The notes below the pieces were generated by a model. The model saw nothing but the letters and a program-made list of their open reading frames with translations. It made no database searches and had not been told where the DNA came from. Shown here one piece after another: positions 62,540 through 64,000 of a stretch of DNA of 64,000 nt. The translations under genes and the position numbers were made by a program. Each line of letters begins with the position of its first letter. Position 1 is the stretch's first letter. The DNA comes from Candidatus Bathyarchaeia archaeon (GTDB lineage: Archaea > Thermoproteota > Bathyarchaeia > Bathyarchaeales > Bathycorpusculaceae), in assembly GCA_038868055.1 (NCBI GenBank), contig JAWBXD010000001.1, forward strand, positions 10,425 to 74,424, written 5' to 3'.

Positions 62540-63886
62540 TTGCCGAGACGCATAGTAATAGTCGGGGCGCACGCAGCCGGCGTCGACGCAGCCTCAGCTG
62601 CCAGAAAAACAGACCGCACGGCTGAGATAATTCTTATAACGGACGAGAAATATGCTGGTTATTCTCGTTGTGGTTTACCATTCGTTTTAGGCGGGCACAT
62701 ACCAAGCTTCACCGACCTCATAGTTTTCTCGCCAAGCTACTTCCAAATGATGAAACTAAACCTAAAAACAGAAACGAAAGTTACAAAAATAGACATAAGC
62801 AAAAAAGTCGTTTTAACGGTTGATAAAGCTGGAAATTCTCAAGAAATTCTCTATGACAGCCTAATAATAGCTGCGGGGGCAAATGCCTTCACACCGCCCA
62901 TAAAGGGAAGAGAAAAACAGGGAATTCTGCCCCTAAGAACAATTGAGGATGGACAACGCATAGACCAAGCCATCCGACAAGGCGCAAAAACAGCAGTCGT
63001 CATGGGCGCCGGGCTCATAGGCTTAGAAACAGCGGTTGCGCTTCAAGAAAGAGGCTTGAAGGTAACGGTTGTAGAAATGTTGCCTCAAGTTTTGCCAGCC
63101 ATGCTTGACGCGGACATGGCTAAGATTGTTCTAGAGATGCTGGAGCAGAAGGGTATAAGAATTTTGACAAACAAGCCTGTTGAAGAGTTCCTCGGCACGG
63201 ACAAGGTTACTGGCATAGTGGCCGGAGGCGAACAGATAAACGCAGACCTTTTCGTCAGCGCCTTCGGTGTCAGAGGCAACACTCAACTTGCAGTGGACGC
63301 TGGCATCGCCCTCGGCGATACAAAACTCATCAAAACAAACGCCAGAATGGAAACAAATGTCAAAGACATTTACGCGGTTGGCGACTGTGCAGAATCCATT
63401 CACATAGTGACTCAGAGGCCAGTAGTTCAACAGCTTGGAACAGTCGCCGTGAGACAGGGAAAAGTTGCTGGAATAAACGCGGCTGGAGGCTATGCAGTTT
63501 TTCCGGGCGTCGTAGGTTCATCTGTCACTCAACTGTATGATATGCAAATAGGCGCTACAGGCTTAACGGAGGCAGCTGCAAAAAAAGCTGGGATAGAAAC
63601 AATCACCGGAACCGTGTCCTCAAAGACAAGGGCAGACTACTACCCGGGTGCCCTGCCAATAAAGGTCAAGCTTGTAGTTGAAAGGGAGTCGCAGCGCGTA
63701 ATTGGCGCCCAAATAATAGGCGACGAAGAGGTGACCCAGCGAATAAATGCTGTTTCCTTTGCTATACAGAAGCAGATGACCGTTCGAGAACTAGCCAAAG
63801 CAGACACTGCTTATGCACCGCCGCTTAACGAAACTTGGGAGCCTCTCGTTTTAGCTGCTGAAATGGTGTTAATGAAACTCCGCTAA
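62540..63886 (+). CDS. CoA-disulfide reductase / NADH oxidase-family FAD-dependent oxidoreductase
   Basis: GxGxxG IVGAHAAG and VMGAGLIGLE. Single redox Cys in YSRCGLP. 448 aa. Confidence 0.85.
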   Translation: MPRRIVIVGAHAAGVDAASAARKTDRTAEIILITDEKYAGYSRCGLPFVLGGHIPSFTDLIVFSPSYFQMMKLNLKTETKVTKIDISKKVVLTVDKAGNSQEILYDSLIIAAGANAFTPPIKGREKQGILPLRTIEDGQRIDQAIRQGAKTAVVMGAGLIGLETAVALQERGLKVTVVEMLPQVLPAMLDADMAKIVLEMLEQKGIRILTNKPVEEFLGTDKVTGIVAGGEQINADLFVSAFGVRGNTQLAVDAGIALGDTKLIKTNARMETNVKDIYAVGDCAESIHIVTQRPVVQQLGTVAVRQGKVAGINAAGGYAVFPGVVGSSVTQLYDMQIGATGLTEAAAKKAGIETITGTVSSKTRADYYPGALPIKVKLVVERESQRVIGAQIIGDEEVTQRINAVSFAIQKQMTVRELAKADTAYAPPLNETWEPLVLAAEMVLMKLR

Positions 63887-64000
63887 CCTCCATACCTTTC
63901 TTTTTATTTCCGTCGGAAAATTAATTAAGAGAAATATGTTCCATTAAATATCCGAAATTTAGGTGAATGGTGATTTAAATGCCAATAAGGGTAGCCATAA

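Noticed and set aside
63979-64000. ATG preceded by AGGTGA at the very end of the window (MPIRVAI...)
   Set aside because: Probably the start of a real gene, but only 7 codons are visible, so no call is possible.

Overview
Archaeal chromosomal segment with about 65 tightly packed genes on both strands. GGAGG-type Shine-Dalgarno sites and 4-8 nt gene overlaps are frequent. All family calls come from motifs read in the supplied translations and my own reverse translations; no searches were run.

Hallmark archaeal genes:
- two thermosome paralogs, one truncated by the window edge
- aIF5B, topoisomerase VI A/B, ABCE1, family-B DNA polymerase, type IA topoisomerase, RadB
- KEOPS Cgi121 and Sua5, prefoldin beta, AglB plus an AglH-like GT4, CDP-archaeol synthase

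Metabolic blocks:
- formimidoyltransferase-hutI-hutU
- glycine-cleavage T and H, tandem MoeA, a UbiD-family decarboxylase, agmatinase, PHI
- an ECF energising module and a secreted subtilase

I recognised no rRNA, tRNA, CRISPR array, transposase or integrase.

The most accessory-looking stretch is 40.8-55 kb. It holds a repeat-rich surface protein, Cys-rich zinc-ribbon proteins and a five-gene type IV pilus-like operon. That operon contains an 815-aa pilin-like protein and a platform protein interrupted by a single in-frame TGA.

Other items worth follow-up:
- a structured anti-SD leader upstream of a QueT-family transporter (candidate archaeal riboswitch)
- a 24-codon Glu/Trp-repeat micro-ORF with a strong SD upstream of ABCE1
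- a Clp1-kinase / RuvC-fold protein / RadB cluster
- a coding-looking ORF with no canonical start codon
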